A stretch of DNA of 64,000 nt. Source: Parvularia atlantis (Eukaryota). Position numbers and translations under genes: made by a program. Below are positions 11,051 to 25,180 of the stretch, in pieces. Every line of letters starts with the position of its first letter. Position 1 is the first letter of the stretch. The notes beneath the pieces were generated by a model that saw only the letters and a list, made by a program, of their open reading frames with translations, did not search any database and was not told where the DNA came from. Where the stretch lies: the NCBI GenBank assembly GCA_943704415.1, contig CALSCO010000975.1:1-64000 (forward strand), given 5' to 3'.

Positions 11051-14000
11051 CTACACACGCGCGAGCACGGCGCGGAAGGCCTTCGCGTCGCCAGAGAGGC
11101 GGATCACGAAGCCTGTCGACATGAGCAGCGAGCCCGGGTAGACGCCGTCAAAGTCGCCCGTGACCTGCGCCGCCGCGGTCAGCGCTTGTCTGCCAGCAAC
11201 GTAGGCGTGTCACAGCGCACCTGGTACTGCGCAGTCGGGTCGAGGCCCTGCAGCTTGATGCGCGGGAACGACCACACGAGCTCGTAGTAGTCGCTGTTGA
11301 AGACGAGCACGAGCGCGCGGCTGCGGTCGGGCGAAACGTACATCCACGCCGTCAGGTGGATGCCCTCGTGCTTGTCGTACGGCGACGCCAGCCGGTACAG
11401 GTCGCCCGAGCGCACGATGTCCTCCGTGCTGCGGTACTGCGCCAGATGCTGCGGAACGAGGTCCTGCCGGTCGTCCCACCCGTCAGCCACGGCCCACGCA
11501 AGCGACCCCGCGCGCGGCGCACGTATTCGTCGTTTGACAGCTCGAGTAGGTTTAGCTGGTAGCCAAAGTTGCCGCCCATCGCGACGCGGGCGCGCGTGAC
11601 CTGTCGTGCGCGCCCACGCTGCGCTCAGCACCAACGACGACGACGCTAGCGGGTGCGCGGCGCACAAAGGACGTCTCGCGACCGTTCTGGTCGTTTGGGC
11701 TCTTGGAGACGTGCGAGGCCATGGCCGACGCCGGGTAGGCGAGCAGTGTGCCTGCACGTGTGCGGGTGGTGTGAGCTGGCGCGGTCCGGCACAGCGCTCG
11801 CGTTGCGCGCGCACCGTGCTGGATCTTGAGGCGCGCGATCGCGTCCGTGTTGTCGCTCGTCCAGACCTGCGGCATGTAGTACAGCAGCGCGGCGTCGAAG
11901 CGGCCGCCGCCGCCAGAGCAGCTCTCTGCCGCGTGCGATGCATGAGCACACACACGGGTGTGCACGCGGGGGACAAAGGGCGGCCGCACCAAAGAGAACG
12001 CGCGGGAAGGCGGACGTGATGCGCTCCATGACGTCGTACAGACCCAGCACGAAGCGGTGGTACGTCTCGCCCTGATGCGCGCGCACGCGTTGGGCCGCGG
12101 CGGCGACGCCAGCGCGGCCGCGCACCTGCATTGAGCTGTCGAGCAGCGCCGAGCCGACCTCGGTCAGGTGCCGGTTGAAGTCCCACTTGAGGAACGTGAT
12201 GTTGGCCGAAGCAAGCGTCGTTGTGACGGCCTGATGGGCGCGGGGCACACCATCAGGCCACGCGAGTGCGTAAGCGCGCGGCGGCAGCATCGCACCTGCA
12301 CGACAAAGTCGCGCACGTCCTTGCGCGACAGGTCGAGCACGAGCTGGTTACGGCTCTCGCTGCGCGGACGCTGCTCATGGCCGTGTTCAGCCATCGCCGC
12401 GTTGTGCGCGCAGGGAGCGCACCTTGGGCACGTGCAGCGCCCAGTCCGGGTTGGCGCGGTACAGGTCGCTGTTGACGCTGATCATCTCGGGCTCCTGCAC
12501 GGCGCCGTCAGCGGCGGCCGAGTCGGCCAATCCCCTGCGCAGCGCACCATCCAGATGCCAAACTTGAGGCCCATGGCGTTGACGCGGTCGGCCACGCCCT
12601 TGAGGCCGTTCGGGAACTTGTTGCGGTTGACTGTCCAGTCGCCGAGGCAACACCGGTCGTCGTTGCGCTCGCCAAACCAGCCTGCGTGTAACGTGTCAGT
12701 GCCGCGCACAAGCCGTGCCCCATGCTCGCACCGTCGTCGAGCACGACCATGTCGAGGCCGAGGTCGGCGGCGGGCTCGGCCAGGCGCGAGACGATTTTCT
12801 GCGCGGCCGCTGTCAGCCGTGTCACACGCATGCGCAGGTCTGCGCACGCACGTCCTCCGACACGTCAAAATACATGGCCTCCCAGCTGTTGACGAGGATC
12901 GGGCGGGCCAGGTCGCGCCAGTAGCCGCGCGCGAGCTGTGCGGCGTGTCAGGGCTATCGATGGACGTGCGGGGTGCTCTGGGCTACGCACGCGGGTGCGC
13001 ATGAGCTTGTGCAGCTGGCGCGAGAGCGGCCCCACGCCGGCGGCCGAGTACACCAAGGCAACCTGCGTGTGCGGACAATGAGTCGCGCAACGGACACGCG
13101 TGCCACCAGCGCACCTCGGGCGTCGCAAACGTCTCGCCGCCGTACAGGCGCCACTCGAACGAGATGGGCTCGATGCCGGCCGACACGCGCAGCCGGCCCG
13201 TCTGCGTGATCTCGGCGTCCATCGTGAAGCCGCCCGTGTACAGCAGGACGACGCCAAAGTGCTCGCCCGCGGTCTCGTGCATGGGGCCGTCGGCGATGAT
13301 GGCGAACGGGTTGTGTTGGTGCGACGACGCGCCGCGGCGGCTGTTGATGCTCTGCGCACGGCGTGAGCGCCCACAGCACATGCGCATGCACGCGACCCGG
13401 CCGCCCACCTGCGTGCCGACCGTGAGCGGCGACGTCACGATGTGCCGCTCGCGCGCCCAGGCCCCCGACAGGTGCGTGAACGTGTAGCCATGGCGCGCGG
13501 TGGGGAAGTCGATCGTGGCGGACATGATGCTGCGCCGCGCGTGTGAGGGCCACACACGGCCGTGCGCGCGCGTGCGGACCGCGCACCTGTGCAGGTCCAC
13601 CGTCGCGTCGCTTGGGTTGACCAGCACGAGACGGCGCGTGATGATGTCGCTGTCGTGGTAGACGGTGTACCACAGGTGCGCCTTGGGCGGGCGCTCAGGC
13701 CCCCCCCCCGGCCTCACACGCGCGGCCCGGGCACGCCGCGCACCTGCAGCTCCATCACCGGGTCCTCGAGCGTTACGTGCAGCGTCGTGGCCTCGGACGC
13801 GTCGTTGACGTAGAAGGCGGGCTGCTTGGCGTCGACCTGTACGCGCGCGCGCGGACATCGGCTCAGCGTGCGCACAAATGTGCACGCGCTCTCGCCGCAC
13901 CGTCGGCTTGCCCGCGACGATCTCGTGCGTCTTGTAGCGCATCTGCGACACGCGCGAGCCGTCGAGCTCGTACGTGAGGTCGACGGAGGGGAAGCGGAAG

Positions 14001-14636
14001 TCGCCCGTGCCAAAGTCGCTGTGCCGGCGTCAGCACGGCCGCGACGGCTGTCCCCAGGCCGCTGCACCTGTACTCGAGCATGAGCGCGTTGCGCGACTCG
14101 TACGTGGTCGAGTAGTCGTCGTTGGTGATTGTCGGGTCGAACGACTGCACGTTGCAGTCGGACGAGAGGAACGCCACGGACGGCAGGCTCGCGGCCGCGC
14201 CCGAGGCCACGTAGTCCTCGTCCAGGTGGCCCCAGTGCAGGTGCACGAGCATCTGGCCCGGCCCGACGCGGAAGGCTGCGTGCGAGGATCAGCAGCGTGC
14301 GCCACGTGGCGCACGTGCGGCGGCGGCGCACCATACAGCGACGACTTGCTCACGAGGTGGAACTCGGCCGAGCTCGCCTTGTAGTACACGCCCTGGCCGT
14401 GCGCGGCGCTGCGCGCGGGCGCGCACGTGGTGCACAGCACGCGGCAACGTCAGCACGTGGTGTCGCGCGGTGACGTCCTGCGCACGCGCCCGGCCCCCGC
14501 CCGGCACCGCGCGACCGCACGCAGCGGGCCGCCGTGCAGCCTTCGATCCCCCGCACTTCTGCAGCACACACCCCGCAACGCACCCGGCGACGACGCACGC
14601 GCCAAGCAGCACACCGAGCGACCCGAGTGTCATCAT
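11051..14636 (-). CDS. Alpha-galactosidase, glycoside hydrolase family 36, probably secreted
   Basis: [78 protein letters not shown]; hydrophobic N-terminus [18 protein letters not shown]; 5' exon structure approximate. Confidence 0.93.
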
Positions 14637-14660
14637 GCTTGTTCGAAAGTCGCCGCAACC

Positions 14661-15935
14661 ATGCTGACCGCTGTCCGTCTCGCGAGCGCACGCAACACGC
14701 CTGCCGTCTCGCTCGGTGCGTCGCCGCGGGCCGCGGGTCGTCGCGCCGCCTCGCGTGGTGTGGCCTGGTGCGGGCCGGTGTCGTGTCGGGCTGGGCCGCA
14801 CGGGGAGTGGGGCGGAGGCGGGCACGCGCGCGGGGGTGGGGCGCGGCGCCGGTTGCCCGCCAAAAAAGAACGGGAAAAAAGTAACGTCAACGCGCGCCCC
14901 GCTCCCCTGTCGTCGCCCGCCGCCGCAGCTGCGACCGCGGCCTCGCGCCACCTCGCGACCAAGACGAGCGACCCGAACAAGGTGGCGCGGCGATGCGCCG
15001 TGTGTGCTCACCAGGCAGATTGCTGACGTCGTCGGCCCGCACCACCCGCAGGTCAGGATCCCCAAGAACAACCGCACCGCGGGCGCGCTGGGGCTGTTCG
15101 CGCTCGACTATGTACGTGCTGCAGCCGCTCCGTCCTGGCGGGAAGACGCCGGCTGACGGGGCGCGGCCGCCGCAGCTCGAGCACCTCGACCTCACCAAGT
15201 CGCCGCGCGCGCTGCTCTCGGAGATCAACAACGCGTGGCTCGGGCAGGAGGAGGAGACGCGGAAGGTGCGGGCGGGCGATGGGCTGCCGCCGGCCGCTGA
15301 CGAACGGGGGATGCGGTGGGCAGTCGTACGCGGTGCGCGCGAGCAAGGTGCCCAAGGGCGACTTCTTCTACTCCTTCAGGTGCGCGTGTGCTGCGCGCGC
15401 CGGGTGAGTGACGCGCAGCACCGACGCGCGACGCCCACGCGCAGCAACATCGTCAAGAAGGCGGAGGAGCTTGTGAAGGACGAGAAGGTGCGGGGCGCGG
15501 CGGACGACAAGGGGCGCATGGCTGACATCGCGGTTGCGCCACCCGCGCGCCAGACCAAGCTGCTTGCCAAGGCGGCCAAGGCCAAGAAGCCGGCGCAGCC
15601 GCGCGCGGTCTCGTCGTTCATCCTGTACTCACAGGAGCGCTTCCAGACGCTGCGGGGCGGTGCGCGCATGGGCTGGCGAGGCTGAGCCGGTCCGCGCTGA
15701 CCCGCGTTGCCGCAGAGAACCCGGGCATCCCGGTCAGCGGCATCATGAAGATCGTCGGGCAGGAGTGGAAGGCGCTCGACGCGACCAAGAAGGATCAGTA
15801 CAAGGCCAAGGTGGCGCCGTTGACACTCCGTCGCGCGTCAGGCTGAGCCGTTCGCGCGCGCGCACGCAGTACGAGCAGGCCAAGGCAGCGCTCAAGGCCG
15901 ACGCCGCCGCCGCGCCCGCCCAGCCGTCGTCGTGA
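14661..15935 (+). CDS. HMG-box protein, possibly a mitochondrial nucleoid protein (TFAM/Abf2-like)
   Basis: PAQPRAVSSFILYSQERFQTLR..NPGIPVSGIMKIVGQEWKALDATKKDQYKAK is an HMG box; presequence-like N-terminus MLTAVRLASARNT. Confidence 0.75.
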
Positions 15936-16111
15936 GGCGGCCGAGCGAGGATGCGGGCTCGCGCGTGAGGCTTCTGATCTTCTGCCTGTGTCTCCTTGCG
16001 TGTGCCGCAGTGGCCTGACTTGCTGCGGATCACACACACACACAAAAAAAAACCAATTACGACGGCGCCGACCCCCCTCGCCCCGCCCGCCACCCGTCCG
16101 CCGGGCGCCCC

Positions 16112-17984
<1,873 letters not shown>

Positions 17985-18054
17985 GGCTGGGCTCGTAGGA
18001 GCGGCACCACAAAAGTTATACAACGTTCATCACACCTCTGTTAGTGGTCAACGG

Positions 18055-19280
18055 TCAAGGGGCGAACAGGTCGTCCACGTTGAACGCCTGCAGGCTCAGG
18101 TTGGGCACGACGGCCGGCGGCGACTGGTCGCCCGTGCTCGGCAGCCGGGGCGGTGAGCCGTCGGCGCTACCGCCCTTGGGCACGAAGCGGTGCTTGACGA
18201 CGGTCGGTGGTGGAGGCGCTGCTGGCGCTGCGGCTGGCGCGGGCGTTGACGTGACTGGCCCCGCTGGCCCGGCACTGGTCGCTGGCCTCATCGCGGGCCT
18301 GCTCACGGGCTGAACGAGTCGCGGCGCTGGTGCCTCGATCGGACGGGAAGGCACGTCGAGAACACTGCGGATGTCGAGCGGCCTGTGGGTGTTCGTCTGA
18401 GCACGCAACACAGCGCACCGCACGCGCACCGCTCCGTCCGGCTGCGCTTGAGCCGCAGGTGCACGGTCGGCGGCGCGCGCGACGAGTCTGACAGCAGCAC
18501 GCGGCCGGACGCGTCGTCGCCCAGGTACACGCGCTTGTGCACGCGGCCCGGCACGCGCGCGCCCTCGCTGATTGGCACAATCGCCGTCACGTTGCGCTCG
18601 GACTCTGCCGCGGCCGCGGTGCTCAGGCCGTGGTGCATGCGGCACGCCGTGTGCACTCGCACGCACCCTCCCGCAGCGCCGCCACGGTCTGCCGCAGCTT
18701 GCGCTTGGCGACGTCGTAGCGCTCCTGGCGCAGCTGCCCGAGCCGCTGCAGGCGCGTGTCATACACACGCGCGCGCAGGCGAGCCGCCGCGGCGCCGCAC
18801 CACGTAGCGCTCGTAGTTGCGCCCGTCGAGCGGCAGCGGGCGAGGCAACAGCGCGGTCACCTCGCGTTCGCTGAACTTGTCGCCGATGTGCTTGCGCCAG
18901 AGCGCGTCGGTAACCTCGGCGAGGTGCTACACCGATCGTCAGGCGCAGTCGCACGGCCGAACGGGCGCGCACCGGGTTGAGCCGCTGCAGGCGCTGCAGC
19001 TGCACGTCCGTGCACCGCTCGAGCACGGGCAGGAACAGCGCCGCGGGCACGTCGCCGATGCGCTCGATGGCTGTGCGCGGCGCCGATCAGCGGGCCTGGT
19101 GCGTGCGTGCGCGCGTGTGCACGGCTGGGCGTGCCGTCTATGTGGTTGGCCAGGCAGCGCAGGGCAAGCTGCTGAAGCATGCCGACGCCGTGAGGGATGT
19201 ATGAGCGCACGTCAGCCACAATGCATTCGGTTGGGAAAGAACGCGTGCACGGCAGATACAGGTGAACTGTGAAGACCATA
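18055..19280 (-). CDS. ELOA: Elongin A-like protein (start uncertain, between 19180 and 19280)
   Basis: MLQQLALRCLANHID|AIERIGDVPAALFLPVLERCTDVQLQRLQRLNP|HLAEVTDALWRKHI resembles the Elongin A BC-box/F-box-like core. Confidence 0.8.
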
Positions 19281-19534
19281 GGACGCGCGCCACAGGCACC
19301 ACAGCGATGCGCGCGCGCACACACACAGACAGCACAACAGGCACCGTCACCGGCGTCCCGGCCCGCGCGCGTCGTCGCTCCCGTGCAGGTGGTTGTCACT
19401 GAGCCGCCTGTGTGCACGTACGCCGTGTGTCACATTCGCAGCAGAAAACAAAGCGGGGGAAGCCCCCCACAACCGCCCGGGAATTCCCCACCACTTTTGC
19501 GTCCTCTCCACGCACACGCTCGCGACGCCCGCAC

Positions 19535-19575
19535 GCACCCAGCACCCAGCACCCAGCACCCAGCACCCAGCACCC
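19535..19575 (+). repeat. 7-bp tandem repeat (GCACCCA), about 6 copies, just upstream of an ATG
   Basis: gcacccagcacccagcacccagcacccagcacccagcaccc ends 3 nt before ATG 19579. Confidence 0.9.
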
Positions 19576-19578
19576 GCC

Positions 19579-21834
19579 ATGAGCACCGACGCCGTCGCCG
19601 TGCAGCGCCTCGGCGAGCTGTTCGGGCAGCAGGTGCGCAGCGCGCCGCAGTAGCGCAGGCCGCGTGGCCGAGCATCGTGACGTCGCGCAACGCCGCAGTT
19701 CGACGCCAAGTTTCTCGGCACGGTCCTCGAGCGCTTCCAGGGCGACCTGCAGAAGACGAGCGAGTACTTGCTCGAGGTCACGCAGCGCACACCCGGCGCG
19801 CCCACCGCCGCCCGCCCGCCCGCGCCGGTGCGTCGCATGCGCTTTTGAAACGACGGTCTGTGAGCCGTGCGCCGTGCGCGCGCCAGCCGCCCAAGTACGA
19901 CCATGCGGACGACCTCGAGGGCAAGGTGCGGCCGGCCCGGCATGCGTGTGACGGGGGCTGACCAGGCGCAGGACGACATGTCGGTCGACGGCGTGTCCGC
20001 GCCGAGCACGCCCGCCCCGACCGCCGCCCCGGGCTCGTTCAACACGGCAACGCGCGAGGCGCGCCGGCAGCAGCTCGGCCAGCTGCAGATGTACCTGCAG
20101 AAGATCGGCGTGGCTGGCAAGACGGCGCAGGAGCGGCGAGAGTTCTTCACGCAGAACCCTGTCGCGCTGTCGGACATGAAGCGCTTCCTTGAGACGATCG
20201 GCCTGCAGGGCATGAACTTTGCCCAGCTGCAGGAGTACTTCCGGGTGCGTCGCCGCGCTTGCCTGGCGGCTACACGGCTGGCGGCTGCATGGCTGACGGC
20301 GCAAAATTCCCCACACCTCAGCAAGTCGGCCTATCGTTCAACGCCAAAACGCAAGGCGACCCGGCGCGCGACGAGTTCATGCGGCAGCTGCTGACGGTCG
20401 AGCAGAAGCGTGAGCACGTGCGCAGTTGCGTCCAAATCCCGCCCTGACGCCGCTCGCCGCGCAGGCTACGAGCAGTACATCTTCGCCGACCGGCTCAGCC
20501 CGCAGCAGAAGCAGCGCTTCCACCGCGAGGGCTTCCTCCTGCTCAAAGGCGTCGTGAGCCGCGCACTCGTGGACGGCGCCGTACGCGACATCCACCGGTG
20601 TGGCCGCGTGCACGTCCGGGCTCGCATACGCGCCACCTGCTTATGCCGGAGGGGGCGCCAGGGTCCTCGGCCGCGGCTTCCCGCCTGACCAGCGTGAGGC
20701 GTACGACAAGACGACGTGGTGCCCCGAGCTTGCCTCCGCCTCGTCCGTGCTTGACCTGCTGTATGAGTCGCCCGCGCTCGCCTACGTCATGTCGCTCGTC
20801 GGGCCCGTCGCGCGCCTGGACAAGGCGTCGATCTCAGCGCGGGTGCGCGCCGACCTGGCGCGTTGCGTATCGGCTGACGGCGCGGTGGCAGTTCCCCGGC
20901 TATGGCTGCGTCGACCACACAGACCCGCGCGCGCGTCAAGTAGTCCCGCCCGACCGCACGATCAACCCGTACGTGCCGTGGCCCAACTGGCCGCAGCAGT
21001 GGACCCTCGATGGCATGCCCAACGGCTTCAACGGCGTGCCGCGCGGGCAGGTGCGCGCTGATCGCACCCGCACCGGCCGCTCACCCCGCACCGCAACGTG
21101 CAGGCGCAAAACTTCACGTGCAACGTGTCGGTGTACCTCAACGAGGCGCAGGTGCAGATGTGCGGTGCGTGCGCCTGTGCGACGTGCAGCCGCGGTGTGC
21201 CGACGGCTGACGTGCCGCGCAGGCAACGACGTCGTCTTCCCGGGCAGCCACCTGATCGTCAACGACTTTTTCCGGCGCCAGGGTGGCGCGCAGAACGTGC
21301 TACAGTCGCACTCGACGACCGACCTGCAGTGCCAGGTGGCGACATCGCGCGCGCAGCTGCGACGGGACACACGCGCTCATCCGCTGCGCACCGCCAGGTC
21401 AGCCTCGGCGCACCCTCGCAGATGCTCGTCGGGCCCGGCGACGTGCTCATCACGCACTACCTGCTCGCGCGGTGCATCGCGCCCAACATCTCACCGAGCG
21501 TGCGCCTGGTCGTCAACTTTCGGCGCGCGCGGGCTATCGGGGGCGGCAGACGCGCGTGGGCTGACACGTTCGCCGCCGCAGCGTGTACGAGGCCAACCAT
21601 GTACCCAATGCCTTTCGGCCCGACGCCATAGACGACATGTGGCTCGAGTTTGACGGCCTGCGAGAGATCGGCGTGCAGCCCCTGCGCGGACAGCTGAACC
21701 CGCTGATGCAGCTCAGTGCGGCCGCGGCCCTCGCCAGTGCGCCCGCCCCGGCCCCGGCCAAGCGCTGCGCCAGCTGCCAGTCGCCTGCGGACGCGCAGGC
21801 CCGCTTCTGCGCGTTCTGCGGCCGCCCGTTCTAG
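19579..21834 (+). CDS. Protein with a CUE/UBA-like N-terminus, PhyH-like (phytanoyl-CoA dioxygenase) domain and C-terminal zinc ribbon
   Basis: AVQRLGELFGQQ|FDAKFLGTVLERFQGDLQKTSEYLL; LSPQQKQRFHREGFLLLKGVV; GNDVVFPGSH; GDVLITHYLL..APN.SPSVR; CASCQSPADAQARFCAFCGRPF*. Confidence 0.75.
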
Positions 21835-21941
21835 ATTTGCTGTATAGGACCCCCCTACATAGGCCTATCTCTGCTAGCGAGACCGATATGGTCGCGCGCG
21901 CGTGACGCTGCTGCCGCGTCACAGCGAGCGCACCCCAGCGC

Positions 21942-22369
21942 ATGGTACGGACACCTGTGCGCCCGAGGGGCTCGCTCAGCGCCGTGACCAACGTGGACTA
22001 CGTCAACGAGCGCGGGACAACGATACAGCGCCTGGGCAACGGCCGCCTGGTTCGGCTCAACGGCGCGATAGTGTGCCGCAACGCCGATGGTGGTGACGGC
22101 GAACCGAGTGCGTGGTCTGCCCGCCTGTGCCGCCGTGCACCGCATTCATCCGCGCGCACCGGCACAGCGGTCAACATCGCGCTGGCCCACGCGACCACGT
22201 GCCTTCGCTCCACTGCCGCGCAAAGAACTACGCAAGAACTTCGTCTGCAACTGAAGACCGCCCCCAGTACGTGCAACGACCTGCAGGACTGATCCACGCT
22301 CACGCTCACGCCGACCGAGGTCCGCGACACGGCCTCGCACGAGCCCGTCGGCGCACGCCGTGCATGTGA
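21942..22369 (+). CDS. Possible small hypothetical gene
   Basis: Coding-like segment SLSAVTNVDYVNERGTTIQRLGNGRLVRLNGAIVC followed by intron-like GT..CAG segments; no family recognised. Confidence 0.3.
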
Positions 22370-22443
22370 AATCCGCCGTGTGACTTCTTGTGTGCTAGCC
22401 TGACCACTTTGCTGCTGACCACTGACACATGCGATCGACCGCG

Positions 22444-24407
22444 ATGTTGACGGCTTCGCGCACCGCCGCCGCGCGCGCGTGGGGCCTTGCGCGCCTGAGC
22501 ACGGCGCCGGTGCTGCGCCGCGCGACCGCGTCCAACGTGGACGAGGTGCGCGGCCGACGAGGGAAGCGCCGGCGCTGACAAACGCGACGCAGGCCACCCT
22601 AGCCCGCCTCAAGCAGCCACGCTCGAGCGACGAGACGGACGTGGTCATCGTCGGCGCGGGCCCGGCGGGGCTCGCCGCGGCCATCCGCTTGCGCCAACTG
22701 TGCGAGCAGCACGGCAAGGACCTGCGCGTGTGCGTGGTCGAGAAGGGCAGCGAAGTCGGTGCGGCGTCCCGCGGCGCGCGCATCACCTCCGCGGCCTATC
22801 GCGCCCCGCCGCTGCAGGCGCGCACATCCTCTCGGGCGCCGTGATGGAGCCGCGGGCCATGAACGAGCTCTTCCCGGACTGGAAGGAGCGCGGGGTGCGC
22901 TCTTGGCCCCGCCGCGCCACCGCGCCAACCGACCCGGTCCACTCACCGCTTTCGCCGCTCCGACAGGCGCCGCTCAACACGCCTGTGCAGGCCGACCAGG
23001 TCCTCTTCCTGACCGAGAAGATGGCCATCCCGCTGCCCGTACCGCCGCCGATGCAGAACCACGGCATGCGCCGCTCGCTGCCCGCCGGCCTCGCGCGCGC
23101 TCCTGACACTCGTCGCAGGCAACTACATTGTCTCGCTCAACAACGTCGTGCGCTGGCTCGGCCAGCAGGCTGAGGCCATGGGCGTCGAGATTTACCCGGG
23201 CTACGCCGCGTCTGAGGCACGGCGGCCCCCCGCGGCTCGGGCCGAGCTGCGGCTGAGCAGGGCGCGCGCAGGTGCTGTACGCCGAGGACGGCAGCGTCAA
23301 GGGCATCGCCACGAACGACGTCGGCCTGAACAAGCGCGGCCTGCCGAAGGCATGGCGCCGCGCACGCATTGGGCACTGCGCAGACTGCTGAAGCCGCGCC
23401 GCAGGACAACTTTGAGCGCGGCCTCGAGCTGCACGCCAAGGTCACGATGTTTGCCGAGGGCTGCCACGGCTCGCTCACCAAGGGCCTGATCAACAAGTTC
23501 AATCTACGCGCCAACAGCCAGCACCAGACGTACGGCATCGGGCTGAAGGAGGTGCGTGCGGGGGTGCGGGCCGCCGTGCTGCACAGCGAGCCGATACCGC
23601 CCGCCGCAGGTCTGGGAGATTGACCCGGCCAAGCACCGCCCCGGCTTTGTGCAGCACACGCTTGGGTGGCCCGTGCCGACCGACGTCTACGGCGGCTCGT
23701 TCATGTACCACGCCGAGAACAACCAGGTGTTCATCGGCTACGTGGTGCGTCGTGCGGCCCTGGCGCTTCCACCCCGTCTGACGACGCGCTGCCGCGCTGC
23801 GCAGGTCGGCCTGGACTACAAGAACCCGTACCTCAGCCCGTACAAGGAGTTCCAGCGCTTCAAGACGCACCCGGCCGTGAGCAAGTACCTCGAGGGCGGC
23901 AAGTGCACGGCGTACGGCGCGCGCGCGATCAATGAGGGCGGCGTGCAGGTGCGTGCGGGCGTGTCAGTGTGGGTGTACACGGCGTCCTGACAGCGGCGTT
24001 ACAGTCGTTCCCGCAGTCGTACTTCCCGGGTGGCGTGCTCCTCGGCTGTGCCGCCGGCACGCTCAACGTGGCCAAGATCAAGGGCTCGCACACAGCCATG
24101 AAGAGGTGCGTCTGTGCATGCATGCGCGCGTGAGCGCGTCTCGCTCAGTCTGCGCGCGCGCAGTGGCATGCTCGCGGCCGAGGCGGCGTTTGCGCGGCTG
24201 ACCGACGACAAGGCGCTGTCGGGCCCGGTCGTGTTGCACGAGTACGAGAAGAGCCTGAAGGTGCGGCGACATGCGGGCGACCGGCGTGCTCACTGTCGCG
24301 CTGCAGGAGTCGTGGGTCTGGAAGGAGCTGTGGGCCGTGCGCAACTTCCGCCCCGCGTTTGAGAAGTTTGGCCTCTGGGGCGGCTCGATGTGGGCCGGCA
24401 TCGGTAC

Positions 24408-24469
<62 letters not shown>

Positions 24470-25114
24470 GCTGTTGCGCGCCGCTCGGCTAACGGCGACC
24501 TGTCAACAAGACACGCTGCTGCTGCGCGGGAACGCGCCGTTCACGTTCAAGCACGGCCACCCGGACCACGCTATGCTCAAGCCCGCGGCCGAGTGGTGCG
24601 CCCCGGTGGCGCATGGCCGCGCTTGCTCACGCTGCACCGCGCCGCAGCAAGAAGATCGAGTACCCGAAGCCCGACAACAAGCTCACGTTCGACCTGCTCG
24701 AGAACCTGGCGCGCTCGGGCACGAACCACAACCACGACCAGCCCGTCCACCTGACCCTGAAGGTGGGCGGCGCCGCGCACAGTGCTCGCGTCGCTGACCC
24801 GTGCTGCGTGCGTGCAGGATCCGAACGTGCCTGTCGAGCGCAACCTCAAGATCTACGACGGGCCCGAGAACCGCTTCTGTCCGGCCGGCGTGTACGAGTA
24901 CGTTGAGCGCGAGGACGGTCAGGGCAAGCGGCTGCAGATCAACGCGCAGAACTGCCTGCACTGCAAGACGTGCGACATCAAGGACCCGTCGCAGAACATC
25001 AACTGGGTCGTGCCCGAGGGCTCGGGTGCGCGTCTGTGGGCCAGCGTGCAGGGAAGGGAGGATTGACGCGTGCGCGCGTGCGGTGCAGGCGGCCCAAACT
25101 ACGTCAACACGTGA
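22444..25114 (+). CDS. ETFDH: Electron transfer flavoprotein-ubiquinone oxidoreductase
   Basis: [106 protein letters not shown]. Confidence 0.97.
24410..24464. repeat. (GT)n microsatellite, about 27 units, in an ETFDH intron
   Basis: Seen directly in the sequence. Confidence 0.97.
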
Positions 25115-25180
25115 GGCGTCCGGAGTGCGCGTGCGCGGGCCATGTGCTGTTGTTGTCGGCGGTGATCAATTCAGCGAAAG

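Noticed and set aside
11051..14636. GH36 (and LOG, PsuG) as recent bacterial transfers or contamination
   Set aside because: All carry many host-type introns and these families are known in eukaryotes; older transfer cannot be judged without phylogeny
17990..18055. Box C-like GTGATGA on the minus strand between the Elongin A-like and Hippo genes
   Set aside because: No nearby box D, terminal stem or recognisable guide
24410..24464. CVCVCV peptide runs (and ERERER/SLSLSL runs at 58337-58407)
   Set aside because: Translations of intronic dinucleotide microsatellites
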